Assembly: GCA_038843675.1 (NCBI GenBank)
Contig: JAWBRV010000003.1
Coordinates: forward strand, 4,908 to 68,907
Source: Candidatus Bathyarchaeia archaeon
GTDB taxonomy: Archaea; Thermoproteota; Bathyarchaeia; 40CM-2-53-6; CALIRQ01
Direction: 5' to 3'
DNA: 64,000 nucleotides
This document shows positions 18,741-28,185 of the stretch, piece after piece. Within the stretch, counting starts at the first letter, position 1. The number at the start of each line of letters is the position of its first letter. The notes beneath the pieces were generated by a model, which was not told the origin of the DNA, searched no databases, and worked only from the letters and a program-made list of their open reading frames with translations. Made by a program: the position numbers and the translations under genes.

Positions 18741-20222
18741 ATGGGCTCGATCGTCGCCATATCCAGCGCCGGATCCGGGGACCTTTCCGCCACCTTGGCG
18801 AGGATGCTGAAGGCCCTAGAGCATCGGGGGACCGAATGCGGGATCGCCGATCCGAGCGGGATCCTCCTCCCAGCGGATCCCGAGGCCCTCATGGGGATTG
18901 GGCCGAGGGCCATAGGGCATAATTTCAAGCGGATCCTCCCAGGGGATTCGCCGCAGCTCGTCCTAGCCGGGGGGGATCCGATCGCATTCGATGGTAGGGT
19001 TTTCTCGCCCGAATGTCGAGGGGGCATTGTGGAACTATTGGGGGACGGGGGGCTGGAGCGCTTTGAGCGCCTCTTGGCCCAAGCCGAGGGGGCCTATGCG
19101 TTCGCCGCGCTCCGCGGGGATTCCCTAATCTTGGGGAGGGATCCGCTGGGATTGAAGCCCCTATACTTCGGAGGGAGGGATGGGGTCTTCGCGGCCGCCT
19201 CCGAGGCCAAGGCGCTTTGGGCCATAGGGATAGCCAATGCCGAATCCTTCCCGCCAGGGTCGATTTGCGTGGTCGAGGGCGATAGGCCCATATTCCGCAT
19301 GGTCCGCGGGATTGGGCGCCGGAGGATCGAGCGGTTTGGGATCGGGGACGCGAAGGCGCGTTTGATGGAGCTGATGGAGCGATCCCTGAGGATCAGGTTG
19401 CGCGATGTGGATCGCGTCGCGGTAGCGTTCTCCGGGGGACTCGATAGCTCCATGGTGGCTCGGATGGCGAGCGCTATTGGAAAGGACGTTCTATTGATCT
19501 CGGCCTCGTTGAGGGGCGGCGGGGAGCTCGAGTTCGCGAAACGGGCCGCGGGTGAGATCGGCGCCGAGCTAATCCGGGTCGAGAAGGGGCCGGAGGACGT
19601 TAGGGAGGATTTGAGAAGGGTCCTTTGGCTGGTCGAGGACCCGGATCCGATGAAGGTGGCCGTCGGGATCCCGCTCCATTGGGTTCTTGAGGAGGCGTCG
19701 GCGCTGGGCTTCGCCGTCGCGCTGACGGGCCAAGGGGCGGATGAATGCTTCGGGGGTTATATGAAGGCCCTTAGGGCCTATCGCTCCGGCGGCCCCCGGC
19801 TGGCTAGGGACCTCCTATTCGAGGGAATCAGGAACTCGCATTTGGTGAACTTCGAGCGCGATGAGAAGATAAGCTCCGCGTCCTCGGTGGAGCTCAGGAC
19901 CCCCTTCGCCGATACCGGGATCGTGGGCTTCGCCCTTTCCCTACCCATGCGCCTACTCCTCGATGCCAATAGGGGGGAGAGGAAGGTGCTGCTCAGGGCG
20001 CTGGCCAAGGAAATAGGCCTCCCGGATCTGATCGCCAGCCGCCCCAAGCGCGCGATTCAATACTCTACGGGGGTTAACAGGGCCTTAGTGGCGATCGCGA
20101 GGGATATGGGGCGCGCCTTGCCGGAGCTCATAAGGGAGGAATTTGAAGCGATCTTTGGACAATCCGCTAGGATAATCCCGCCGCATTGGGGAGGGGATCG
20201 CGCACCCTCGGAATGGCATTGA
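18741..20222 (+). CDS. asnB: Asparagine synthetase B-like protein lacking the N-terminal catalytic Cys
   Basis: HRG, RDPLGLKPLY, SGGLDSS, GQGADE and ELRTPF motifs; begins MGSIVA, not MCG. Confidence 0.8.
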   Translation: MGSIVAISSAGSGDLSATLARMLKALEHRGTECGIADPSGILLPADPEALMGIGPRAIGHNFKRILPGDSPQLVLAGGDPIAFDGRVFSPECRGGIVELLGDGGLERFERLLAQAEGAYAFAALRGDSLILGRDPLGLKPLYFGGRDGVFAAASEAKALWAIGIANAESFPPGSICVVEGDRPIFRMVRGIGRRRIERFGIGDAKARLMELMERSLRIRLRDVDRVAVAFSGGLDSSMVARMASAIGKDVLLISASLRGGGELEFAKRAAGEIGAELIRVEKGPEDVREDLRRVLWLVEDPDPMKVAVGIPLHWVLEEASALGFAVALTGQGADECFGGYMKALRAYRSGGPRLARDLLFEGIRNSHLVNFERDEKISSASSVELRTPFADTGIVGFALSLPMRLLLDANRGERKVLLRALAKEIGLPDLIASRPKRAIQYSTGVNRALVAIARDMGRALPELIREEFEAIFGQSARIIPPHWGGDRAPSEWH

Positions 20223-20265
20223 GGCCCCCTTCGGTCCTCTGGGTCGGAACTTCGCGGTCCGCCGA

Positions 20266-22119
20266 TTAGGAGCTGGGCAACGGCTTCATCTCCCGCTCTA
20301 TGAGATTCACCTGCCTCGGGTCCAACGCCCCCTCCAAGAGCGGGGCTATTAGGATGGAATCCCTTCTCTCCACCCTGCTCCTGTTCAAGTACAGGAAGCG
20401 CATGAAGCTCTCGAATCCGTGTTGCATGATCAAATACTCGATTCCATCCAGCAATATGACCTTCCTCCCCCCCTCTAAGAAATTATCGATCATTATCGAT
20501 AGCTCTTGGAGGGATTTAACGGTCCTCTCCCCCTCGACCATCTCATCGCTAAGCCATACGATGGGCGTCCTCTCCAAACCGTACCTCTTCCTGACCTTCG
20601 GCGGATATTCGCGCGTTATGCAAAGCCCCTCGATCCCGCTGAGGGCGGCCTCGAGGAAGATCTCGAAGGCCCTTCCAACGCCGTCCTTGATCAAATACGT
20701 CGCGCCAAACTCTAGCCCGAAGGGCCTCTCGTACGCCCCCGCCTCCTTCCTCGGGGCAATCCTCAGCGAATGCACCTCGAACAAGGTCGAGGCGAGCTCG
20801 GCGAAGGAATGGAGGATGAAAAGATCACCCTCATCCAAGGGCTCGTCCCCCTTGCCTCCTATGATGAGGAGGCCGTGGATTTCCTCGCCCAGCATTATCG
20901 GGGCATAATGGACGACATCCGTCCCCATGATGCTCGCGCCATCCTTGCCGACGACCTTAGATCCCATCCGCCCGCTCCTAATGGCCTCCAGCTCGATGAA
21001 GCCCTCGTTGAGCGGATAGCTCTCCTTGACGGCGAGCCCTTCGGCCCCGCTCTTGAAGGCCCTTAGCCTCAAAACGCCCCATTCGCGATCAACCAAGAAA
21101 ACGGCCCCGGAATCCCCCCCGAGGATATTGAGGGCCGCATCCAAGATCGAATCGAGGCCCGTGGATATGTCCGGGGCCCTCCTCACCTCATCCTTGAGCC
21201 TCAATATCTCCTCAACTTGGCCCCTTATGCGCAACAGCCTCTCCGCCAAGCTCGCGCTCAGCGCTCGGAGCTCCTTGGTCCGCTCTTCCACGAGGGCCTC
21301 CAAACGCTCCACATGCCTCCTCAGCTCCTCCTCGAGCCGCTTCTTCTCGGTGATATCCGATGCGACTCCCGTGAGACCGATAGCCCTACCATCCTCCATC
21401 AACGGCCGCCCGAAGCCCCGCAGCCAGTGGATCCCCCCTCCCTTATCGTAGGCCCGGAACTCGATGGGCCTCGCCTCCCCGCCCTCCATAACCTCCTTGA
21501 ATGAGGCCTCGACCCTTGGAAGATCCTCTTGGAGGATCCACCTCGAGAAATGTTGGCCGATGAGCTCCTCCGCCTTATATCCTAACATCCTCTCCACGGC
21601 CGGGCTGATATAGGAAATGTTTCCCCTCGCATCGAGGCTGAAGATGACATCGTTCAGGTTCTCGACCAGCACTCTGTATTTCTCCTCCGCCCTCCTCGCC
21701 TCCCTTTCGGCCCTTTTCAAATCCGTTATGTCCAGAAGCGAGGCGATGCTTTTCTTGGTTCCGGGGATCATCGAGATTGTTATGCGGACATCCCTGACGT
21801 TGCCATTTTTATCAATCCCGCGGAACTCATAGCTCCTCGGGACCGACTCGGGATCGATCCTCCTCCTTTGATGATACTCCAGCATCCTCTCCAAGTCCTC
21901 TTTGGCGACGAACTCCGTCCAGCTCTTCCCCTCCACCTCCTCCTTCGCGTATCCCCACAGCCTTGTGAACTCGGAGTTGACCATGGAGATGGTCGTATCC
22001 TCTTCTATGATTATCATGGCGGTACCGGTCATTTCGAATATTGTCCGATAGAAATCGGATTCCCGTATTGTCCCTTTTCGGCCCCTTCGCTTGATCGCTC
22101 TTCCTCGAGCGCTCCTCAA
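20266..22119 (-). CDS. PAS-PAS-coiled coil-GAF-DUF835 (KaiC-like derived) sensor protein
   Basis: Two PAS/PAC units (…DITDLK, …DITEKK), LEALVEERT coil, GAF-like segment, C-terminal GLCITREYP…ILLDGIEYLI. Confidence 0.85.
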   Translation of the reverse strand: MRSARGRAIKRRGRKGTIRESDFYRTIFEMTGTAMIIIEEDTTISMVNSEFTRLWGYAKEEVEGKSWTEFVAKEDLERMLEYHQRRRIDPESVPRSYEFRGIDKNGNVRDVRITISMIPGTKKSIASLLDITDLKRAEREARRAEEKYRVLVENLNDVIFSLDARGNISYISPAVERMLGYKAEELIGQHFSRWILQEDLPRVEASFKEVMEGGEARPIEFRAYDKGGGIHWLRGFGRPLMEDGRAIGLTGVASDITEKKRLEEELRRHVERLEALVEERTKELRALSASLAERLLRIRGQVEEILRLKDEVRRAPDISTGLDSILDAALNILGGDSGAVFLVDREWGVLRLRAFKSGAEGLAVKESYPLNEGFIELEAIRSGRMGSKVVGKDGASIMGTDVVHYAPIMLGEEIHGLLIIGGKGDEPLDEGDLFILHSFAELASTLFEVHSLRIAPRKEAGAYERPFGLEFGATYLIKDGVGRAFEIFLEAALSGIEGLCITREYPPKVRKRYGLERTPIVWLSDEMVEGERTVKSLQELSIMIDNFLEGGRKVILLDGIEYLIMQHGFESFMRFLYLNRSRVERRDSILIAPLLEGALDPRQVNLIEREMKPLPSS

Positions 22120-22256
22120 TCCTATGCGAATTTCTCAAGCCCCCATTTAGGCATTTTCTCGAGAGCGGCGATCCCGCCGATTCATGGAAGCGGGGACCAT
22201 CGGGATGGCGGGATGGTATACGCTCCAGTCCTTGGATAGAACAACTAGGCGGTCAT

Positions 22257-22391
22257 TGGTGGGGCAGACGGGATTCCCATGGCCGCTCGGGCCATTTTGA
22301 ACCCGCGACCTTCGGCCGCTCGAGGCGGTCTCCAGCGCCCCAGGCTCCCCGATGGCCTCTGGGATCCTGGACCAAACTAGACGACTGCCCC
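22257..22391 (-). tRNA. tRNA-Pro(GGG) with three introns (30/31: 22345-22358; 45/46: 22310-22329; 59/60: 22274-22295), CCA encoded
   Basis: Acceptor GGGGCAG/CTGCCCC-A-CCA. Removing three BHB-like inserts gives a 79-nt cloverleaf with CCAGC-CT-GGG-GC-GCTGG, AGGTC and GCGGG-TTCAAAT-CCCGT. Confidence 0.88.
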
Positions 22392-22415
22392 GCCTTTAGA
22401 GGCCATCCGGGAACC

Positions 22416-23192
22416 CTATATTTCTTTTCCTCCGCCTAGGCCAAGGACCTCCATGACCTTTCGGAAGCGCTCGATGGATGGCGCCGCCTTGTATTCCCGA
22501 AGGGCCTCGATCAAGGCCCCCCGATCCGGTCGCCCCAAGATGGGCGCAAGCCCGCCCGAGCGCCGGGATAGGAACAGGTAATGGGCAAGGGATGTGAGGT
22601 TCGATGGCCGCCGGATCATGCTGGCCGATTCAAAATCCAATATGAACGCCCTCCCATCCCGGGCTATTATCACATGCCCATCCGCCCTGCTCAGCTCGCC
22701 GTGATCCAGCCCGAGGGAGTCCAGCTTGAAAGCATCGAAGAGGAGGGCCTCCAAGGCGCCCCTCAGCGCATCCGGGCCGAGGCCCAGCTCTAAGGGCCGA
22801 TCCAATACGCTGGATATATCATGGCCTTCCACGAACTCCATGAGGATGAAGTCCTCCGATGCCCCCATCAACCTCGGCCCTATCCCGGCCCGATTGACCA
22901 GCGCCAGCAACTCGGCCTCTCTCGCCATGCTCGGCCTATTTGAATCGAGCCTCCTTGTCTTCAGGGCCGCCATCCCCTCGGACACCTCTGCCTTGATGAC
23001 CAAGCTGGTGCATCCCTTCCCCAAGATCCGGAACCGCCCTATCTCCTTCGGCCCACCTAGGATCAACGCCCTCACTCCCAAGCGGCGCATCTCCGAAACC
23101 CTCTTTGAGAACTCAAAGGGATTGGGCTTGGGATAGCATAGCAAGGGGCCATGGAGCTCGAAGGAGAGGCCCCTGGGTATCTCGATCCTCAC
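22416..23192 (-). CDS. Archaeal Ser/Thr protein kinase (COG2112-like)
   Basis: LGKG.TS.V, ALK, GIGPRL, HGELS and ILDFESAS motifs. Confidence 0.85.
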   Translation of the reverse strand: MRIEIPRGLSFELHGPLLCYPKPNPFEFSKRVSEMRRLGVRALILGGPKEIGRFRILGKGCTSLVIKAEVSEGMAALKTRRLDSNRPSMAREAELLALVNRAGIGPRLMGASEDFILMEFVEGHDISSVLDRPLELGLGPDALRGALEALLFDAFKLDSLGLDHGELSRADGHVIIARDGRAFILDFESASMIRRPSNLTSLAHYLFLSRRSGGLAPILGRPDRGALIEALREYKAAPSIERFRKVMEVLGLGGGKEI

Positions 23193-23193
23193 C

Positions 23194-24624
23194 TCATCGC
23201 CCGAGGTCCAGCCCTCCTCGCGCCCTAGGCCAACCGCTTAGGAAATCGGCTATGAATTTGCCGAACTTCGGGCTCCCCTCCAAGAGATAGGATACTCGGT
23301 CGTTTACCGCTATCGAATGCCCCCTCCGGATCGCCTCGGCAATCCTTTCTGGGATCCCCAATGCTTCTCCACCCTCCTTCAGGAACTCCTCGAGAGCATC
23401 CTCAACCCTCCTCAACCTTCTCAGCTTCTCCACGGCCCATCTATCCCCCCTCACCCAGGGCTCGCCGACCGTATCCTCGGCGCCCCTATGCTTCCTCAGA
23501 AACCTCTCGGAATCGGCCCTCCTGAAGACCGGAGGGCCCATGTGGAGCTTCAAGGGCGGCAATTCCCCCGCCTCGAGCTCGAATGCTATGGCGCTCATGG
23601 ATTCCTCATCGGTCCAAGCGGAGGCCCTATAGACCTTGAACCCCTCCCTCTCAAGCGCTCGCCTAAGGGCCGCCTCGGATTTCCTCAGCTGGCTCCAAAC
23701 GACATCCACTACGGCATCGGCCCTCCCGAAGGCCAAAACCGCGAGACAGGAGCCCCTCCTCGCGAGCTCGGCCTCAAGCTCTCTTGGGCCGAGGGATCCC
23801 TCCCTTGGGAAGAAGAAATCCCTTGAGGGCCCTTCTAGGAACGCCCTAGCTAAGGCGACGAACTTCCAAAGATTCTCCTCCGATAGCGCCGAGGCGAGGT
23901 TCCTGCCCCTATCGACCGGGTCGATGACTATGAGGGGCTCCCCGAAGAGCTCCCTCGCCCCCTCCTCCCTGCCGGAATAATAGCCCTCCACATCTATGAC
24001 CTCGGCCCTCCCCCAAGCCGCGGCGCCCTTCAAAAGGGAGGCGAAGGAGCCGTACTTCAGGATCAAGGTTTCGCAAAGCATCCCGCTGAACCCCTTGACC
24101 TTGGCATCGGCCCCGTAGAGGCCGTTGGCCTTCAAGAACTTCTTCAATAGCCTCACCTCGTCCTTCTCCCTCTCCCCGAGCCTTTCGATTACGTACCGCG
24201 TATGGTATGGGGTCCGATCCGTTGAGGTGAGCCAATTCCCAAGCTCGACCTGATAACATGGGACGATGTCGACTATGACTCCATCCACCTTCGCTTCCAC
24301 ATAGGGATGCTCCGAGTACCTCTCGTATGGCCCATGCTCCCGCAGGACCTCCTTCCCGATCTCCAAGGCTGTTTTGCGAAATGTTTCCCTATCGATGCCC
24401 TTCGGGAACATCAGGAATATATCCAGATCCGCCTCCCCCTTGATCCACGTACCCTTCGCCACCGAGCCCTCGAGGCTCACCTCTATGCCCAGCCCCGATC
24501 TTCGGGCCTCCTCTTCCAAGCGCTTCATCAACCCCTTCGCCAACCCCATTATCCTCTCCTCCTCGGCCACATCCGGGCGGAGGGAGGGGAGGACCTCCTC
24601 CAAGATGGGGGAGACGTCCCTCAT
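23194..24624 (-). CDS. cca: CCA-adding enzyme (class I)
   Basis: GSVAKGTW...DLDIF, YSEHPY, DIVP, DRTPYH and GFSG motifs. Confidence 0.95.
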   Translation of the reverse strand: MRDVSPILEEVLPSLRPDVAEEERIMGLAKGLMKRLEEEARRSGLGIEVSLEGSVAKGTWIKGEADLDIFLMFPKGIDRETFRKTALEIGKEVLREHGPYERYSEHPYVEAKVDGVIVDIVPCYQVELGNWLTSTDRTPYHTRYVIERLGEREKDEVRLLKKFLKANGLYGADAKVKGFSGMLCETLILKYGSFASLLKGAAAWGRAEVIDVEGYYSGREEGARELFGEPLIVIDPVDRGRNLASALSEENLWKFVALARAFLEGPSRDFFFPREGSLGPRELEAELARRGSCLAVLAFGRADAVVDVVWSQLRKSEAALRRALEREGFKVYRASAWTDEESMSAIAFELEAGELPPLKLHMGPPVFRRADSERFLRKHRGAEDTVGEPWVRGDRWAVEKLRRLRRVEDALEEFLKEGGEALGIPERIAEAIRRGHSIAVNDRVSYLLEGSPKFGKFIADFLSGWPRARGGLDLGR

Positions 24625-25175
24625 CTGGCGCGTGCCTCGTAGATCGTATAATAAGTGGGCCCTCGGGGGGAGAGCTCGCTCCTCTTTAGCCTTATCGAAT
24701 CGACAAGGATCCTCCCGAACTCCAACTCCTTTGAGCCGGAGAGAAATTCCTTGAACTTCGCCCTACAGCCGGGGGATTTCACCCTCGCTATCGTTAAATG
24801 CGGCGAAAAGCCCCTCTCATCGGGCGGGATCCCAAGCCCCCTCAAGCGCATTTCGATATCCCTCGCGACCCTCTCCAGCTCCCCCCTCCCCCCTTGGATC
24901 CCTATCCATATGACGTTGGCGTAACCATCCTTCGGGAAGGCTCCCAATCCCTTCAGCTCCACCTCGAATGGGCTGAACCCCATCCCGCCGAGAGCTTTGC
25001 AGATCCCATCGGCAATTCGCTCATCGATTTCACCCAAGAACCTAAGGGTTATGTGGAGGTTTTGGGGCTCAACGAGCTTCAAACCTTTACAAATCTCCAT
25101 CAGGTCTTGTTGAACCCTCCCCACCTTCTCCATGAAGCCCCGATCCTCCAAGTCCACGGAGATGAAGCATCTCAA
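24621..25175 (-). CDS. thpR: RNA 2',3'-cyclic phosphodiesterase (2H family)
   Basis: Two HxT motifs (HITL, HLTI); S.L...GP.Y. Confidence 0.93.
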   Translation of the reverse strand: MRCFISVDLEDRGFMEKVGRVQQDLMEICKGLKLVEPQNLHITLRFLGEIDERIADGICKALGGMGFSPFEVELKGLGAFPKDGYANVIWIGIQGGRGELERVARDIEMRLRGLGIPPDERGFSPHLTIARVKSPGCRAKFKEFLSGSKELEFGRILVDSIRLKRSELSPRGPTYYTIYEARAR

Positions 25176-25267
25176 GGTGCGATCCCCGGCCCTTGCAAAT
25201 ATTAATCCGCCCCAATTCTATTTATCTTCTGCGAGGGATTGCGAGCGATCGATCGAGTGGCCAAGGC

Positions 25268-25831
25268 TTGAGCGCGAAGTTTGTGATAGCCACGACGGGG
25301 ATGCCCGGCTCTGGGAAGGGCGAGCTCTCAAGGCTCTTCAAGGGGGCCGGATACCCGGTGTATGCATGCGGGGACGTCGTCCGCCGGGAGGCGGAGAGGC
25401 GGGGCCTCCCAAGTGATTCGCGATCCTTGGGCGGCCTGATGTTCAAGCTGAGGGAGGAGGATGGTCGGGCCGCCGTAGTTAAGAGGCTCTCGGCGGATGT
25501 GGAATCGGATCCCTCGAGAGCGGTCGTGGTGGAGGGGATAAGGAACTTGGAGGAGGTGGAGGAGCTCAGGAAGCGCTTCGAGGTGATCCTCGTCGCGGTC
25601 CATTCCCCGCCTAAGCTCAGATATGAAAGGCTGTTGAGGAGAGGGAGGGAGGATGATCCCAAGACCCCAGAGGAGTTCAGGGAGAGGGACGAGAGGGAGC
25701 TGAGGGTCGGCGTGGGCGATGTGATCGCGCTCGCGGATCTTGTGATCCGGAACGAGGGGAGCTTGGCGGATTTGGAGGATGAGTTCAGGAGGCTCATGGG
25801 GAGGATCGAGAGATGGATCGGATCAGGTTAG
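25268..25831 (+). CDS. Dephospho-CoA kinase-like P-loop kinase (UPF0200)
   Basis: GMPGSGK, GDVVR, EGIR..EE, R.R.DD, RD.REL. Start estimated. Confidence 0.85.
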   Translation: MSAKFVIATTGMPGSGKGELSRLFKGAGYPVYACGDVVRREAERRGLPSDSRSLGGLMFKLREEDGRAAVVKRLSADVESDPSRAVVVEGIRNLEEVEELRKRFEVILVAVHSPPKLRYERLLRRGREDDPKTPEEFRERDERELRVGVGDVIALADLVIRNEGSLADLEDEFRRLMGRIERWIGSG

Positions 25832-26247
25832 AGGTCGTCGCGAGGGTCAACCCGACGGAGGATCGGGAAAAGGTGGGGAAGGCGATCTTGAATATATTCC
25901 CGAACGCGCGATTGGCCGAAGAGGACCTCGGGAATGGATTAACAATCCTCAAGGGATCCTCGGAGGGCTTCGAAGCGCTCGAGCGCTTGAAATCCCTCAT
26001 AGGGGCCGAGAGGATAAGGAGCGCCGCCAAGGCCATTTTGTCCTCCTCCAAAATCGGGAACGCCTTGGAGTTCCATTTGCATAAGCAGGCCGCCTTCGCC
26101 GGGAGAGTCTCCTTCTCCCAGCCCTTCGGGGAATCGCCCTTGGGCCCGATATCGGTTAGGGTAGAATGCGAGGATCCGGATGGGCTGATTGAATGGCTCA
26201 CTGAGCCGGCCGCCCGGGGCTCGGAGGAGCGCTCGGGGCTGGGCTAA
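25813..26247 (+). CDS. UPF0201 (DUF54) putative RNA-binding protein
   Basis: NPTEDREKV, HKQAAFAG, SPLGPI and IEWL motifs. Confidence 0.85.
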   Translation: MDRIRLEVVARVNPTEDREKVGKAILNIFPNARLAEEDLGNGLTILKGSSEGFEALERLKSLIGAERIRSAAKAILSSSKIGNALEFHLHKQAAFAGRVSFSQPFGESPLGPISVRVECEDPDGLIEWLTEPAARGSEERSGLG

Positions 26248-27137
26248 AGCTCCAGCGCCATGGAATCGTATGCGACCATGGAGTTTGGGAATATCTGCTT
26301 GGCTTGGAGGAGCAACGGGGCTGGGTCCCGATACATCGGGCTCAAATGGAAGAGGACCAAGGCCCCGACCCCGGCCCCCTTGGCCACCGATGCGGCTTCG
26401 CTTGCGGTTGAATGCCCATATTCCTCAGCCTCCTTCGCCCTCGAATCGTCGAACGTCGAATCGTGGATTAGGAGATCGGCGCCCCTCGATAGGTTGATGA
26501 TGGGCTTGGAGGGCCTTGTATCGGAGGCGTATACGATCTTCTTCCCGCGCTTCGGCTCCCCTAGGACTTGGGATGGCTCCACGACCCTCCCGTTGACGTT
26601 AACGGCCCTCCCAAGTTGGAGCTCCTTCCAAAGCGGCCCCTTCGGGACCCCGAGCTCCATCGCCCTCTCGGGCAAGAAAACCCTCCTCGCCTCCTCCTCC
26701 AGCGAAAAGGCATTGCAGGGAATCCCGTGTTCTGCGCATTCGGCGAGGACCCTATATCCCCTCCCCCTAACCACCTCACCTCCCGAGACCTCCTTAACCC
26801 CAATGGGGAACTTCAGATCGAATCCCAAGACCCTCCCGATCGATTCTAGGAACTCCCGGATCCCCGGAGGGCCGTAGATCTCGAGCTCCCTCCTCCTTCC
26901 CAAGAGGGACATGCTCATCAACAGGCCCGGTAGCCCGAGGACGTGATCCCCGTGCATGTGGGTGATGAATATCCTCATTGGGTTGTTGAGGCCGAGCCCG
27001 CAAGCGGCCATGCGGGTTTGCGTTCCCTCGCCGCAATCGAACATGAGCAATTCCCCCTCCCTCCTGACAATAACGGATGGCGAAGTCCTGAACCCGGTCG
27101 GGATGCTTCCCCCCGTCCCCAAGAAGCGGACCTCCAA
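26244..27137 (-). CDS. rnz: Ribonuclease Z
   Basis: FDCGEGTQ, THMHGDH, GP exosite, HDSTF, HST and HLS motifs. Confidence 0.95.
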   Translation of the reverse strand: MEVRFLGTGGSIPTGFRTSPSVIVRREGELLMFDCGEGTQTRMAACGLGLNNPMRIFITHMHGDHVLGLPGLLMSMSLLGRRRELEIYGPPGIREFLESIGRVLGFDLKFPIGVKEVSGGEVVRGRGYRVLAECAEHGIPCNAFSLEEEARRVFLPERAMELGVPKGPLWKELQLGRAVNVNGRVVEPSQVLGEPKRGKKIVYASDTRPSKPIINLSRGADLLIHDSTFDDSRAKEAEEYGHSTASEAASVAKGAGVGALVLFHLSPMYRDPAPLLLQAKQIFPNSMVAYDSMALEL

Positions 27138-27141
27138 GGCT

Positions 27142-28185
27142 TCAACGCCTCCTGAAGACCGATACGATCCTCGTTAGCCCCTTATGAACGAATAGCTCAT
27201 GGCCCTCGATATGATCGAACCCGGCCTCTGCCGCCAGCGAGGCCGCATCGATCGAACTCGGATGCGCCATGCAAAGATGGCCGCCCGGCGCCAACGAATC
27301 GCGCGCCCTCGGGAGGAACCCGGCGAGGATCCCCTCGAGGCGCCTCTTGAGCGATGAGGCCCTCCTCCCATATGGGGGATCGGTCGCTATAGCCCGAACC
27401 CCTTGGATGGGCAATAGGATGGCATCGGATCGCACCAAGCCGATGAATGGAAGGCCGAAATGCTCCAAGTTGGCCCTAGCCCCGCGGATCATCTTGGGGT
27501 CGATATCCGATCCGATCGTTTCGCAACCTATCGAAGCCGCCTCGAGGAGTATTCCCCCCGCCCCGCAAAAGGGATCGAGGAACGCCTCGCCGGCCTTGGC
27601 CCTCGAGAGGTTGACCATGCACCTGGCCAACTTGGGTGGCATGCTGGATGGATGGAAGAAGGGCCTCCTCCTCGGTGCCCTCTCGGCCGAGGATTTGGCG
27701 CACCCTTTGGCCATCGCGAGCCCTAGCGTGAAGCCGTCTTGGGAGATTATGCCCAAGAACAATTTATCCGGCCCTTCCAAATCGACCTTGGCCCCACCCG
27801 ATCCGGAGGCTATGAGGGCCCCTATGGACCTTTCCAGATCCGGACTCCTCAAATGCCCCCCAGCGCCGAAGAGCTTCCGAACCCTGACGGCGAACCTATC
27901 CCCCCGGCTCAGGAAATGGCTCGGATCGGAATCGCGGCAGGCTCTCAGGATCGCTGCCTCATCGAGCTCATCGGAATGCGCCAGCTCAAGCCCGCAGATT
28001 TTGCACATAAAGCTCCTCTCCCCCACGGCTTTCAGGGCCGCCAAATCCGCCCTTAACCTCACGAGGCCCGGATGGGAGCAGAGGATCTCGAATCCCAATC
28101 CCTCCGCTTGTAGGATCGCCAACACCTCGGCCCCGGGCAGGGTTGGATGATCCCTCGAAAGGAGGAAGAAGAGGTTTCCAATCAA
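27142..28185 (-). CDS. trm11: tRNA (guanine-10-N2)-methyltransferase (THUMP plus methyltransferase)
   Basis: RPFFHP.SM.PKLAR, DPFCG.GG.L.E, TDPPYG and VHK.LTR motifs. Start TTG overlaps the prs stop. Confidence 0.88.
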   Translation of the reverse strand: MIGNLFFLLSRDHPTLPGAEVLAILQAEGLGFEILCSHPGLVRLRADLAALKAVGERSFMCKICGLELAHSDELDEAAILRACRDSDPSHFLSRGDRFAVRVRKLFGAGGHLRSPDLERSIGALIASGSGGAKVDLEGPDKLFLGIISQDGFTLGLAMAKGCAKSSAERAPRRRPFFHPSSMPPKLARCMVNLSRAKAGEAFLDPFCGAGGILLEAASIGCETIGSDIDPKMIRGARANLEHFGLPFIGLVRSDAILLPIQGVRAIATDPPYGRRASSLKRRLEGILAGFLPRARDSLAPGGHLCMAHPSSIDAASLAAEAGFDHIEGHELFVHKGLTRIVSVFRRR

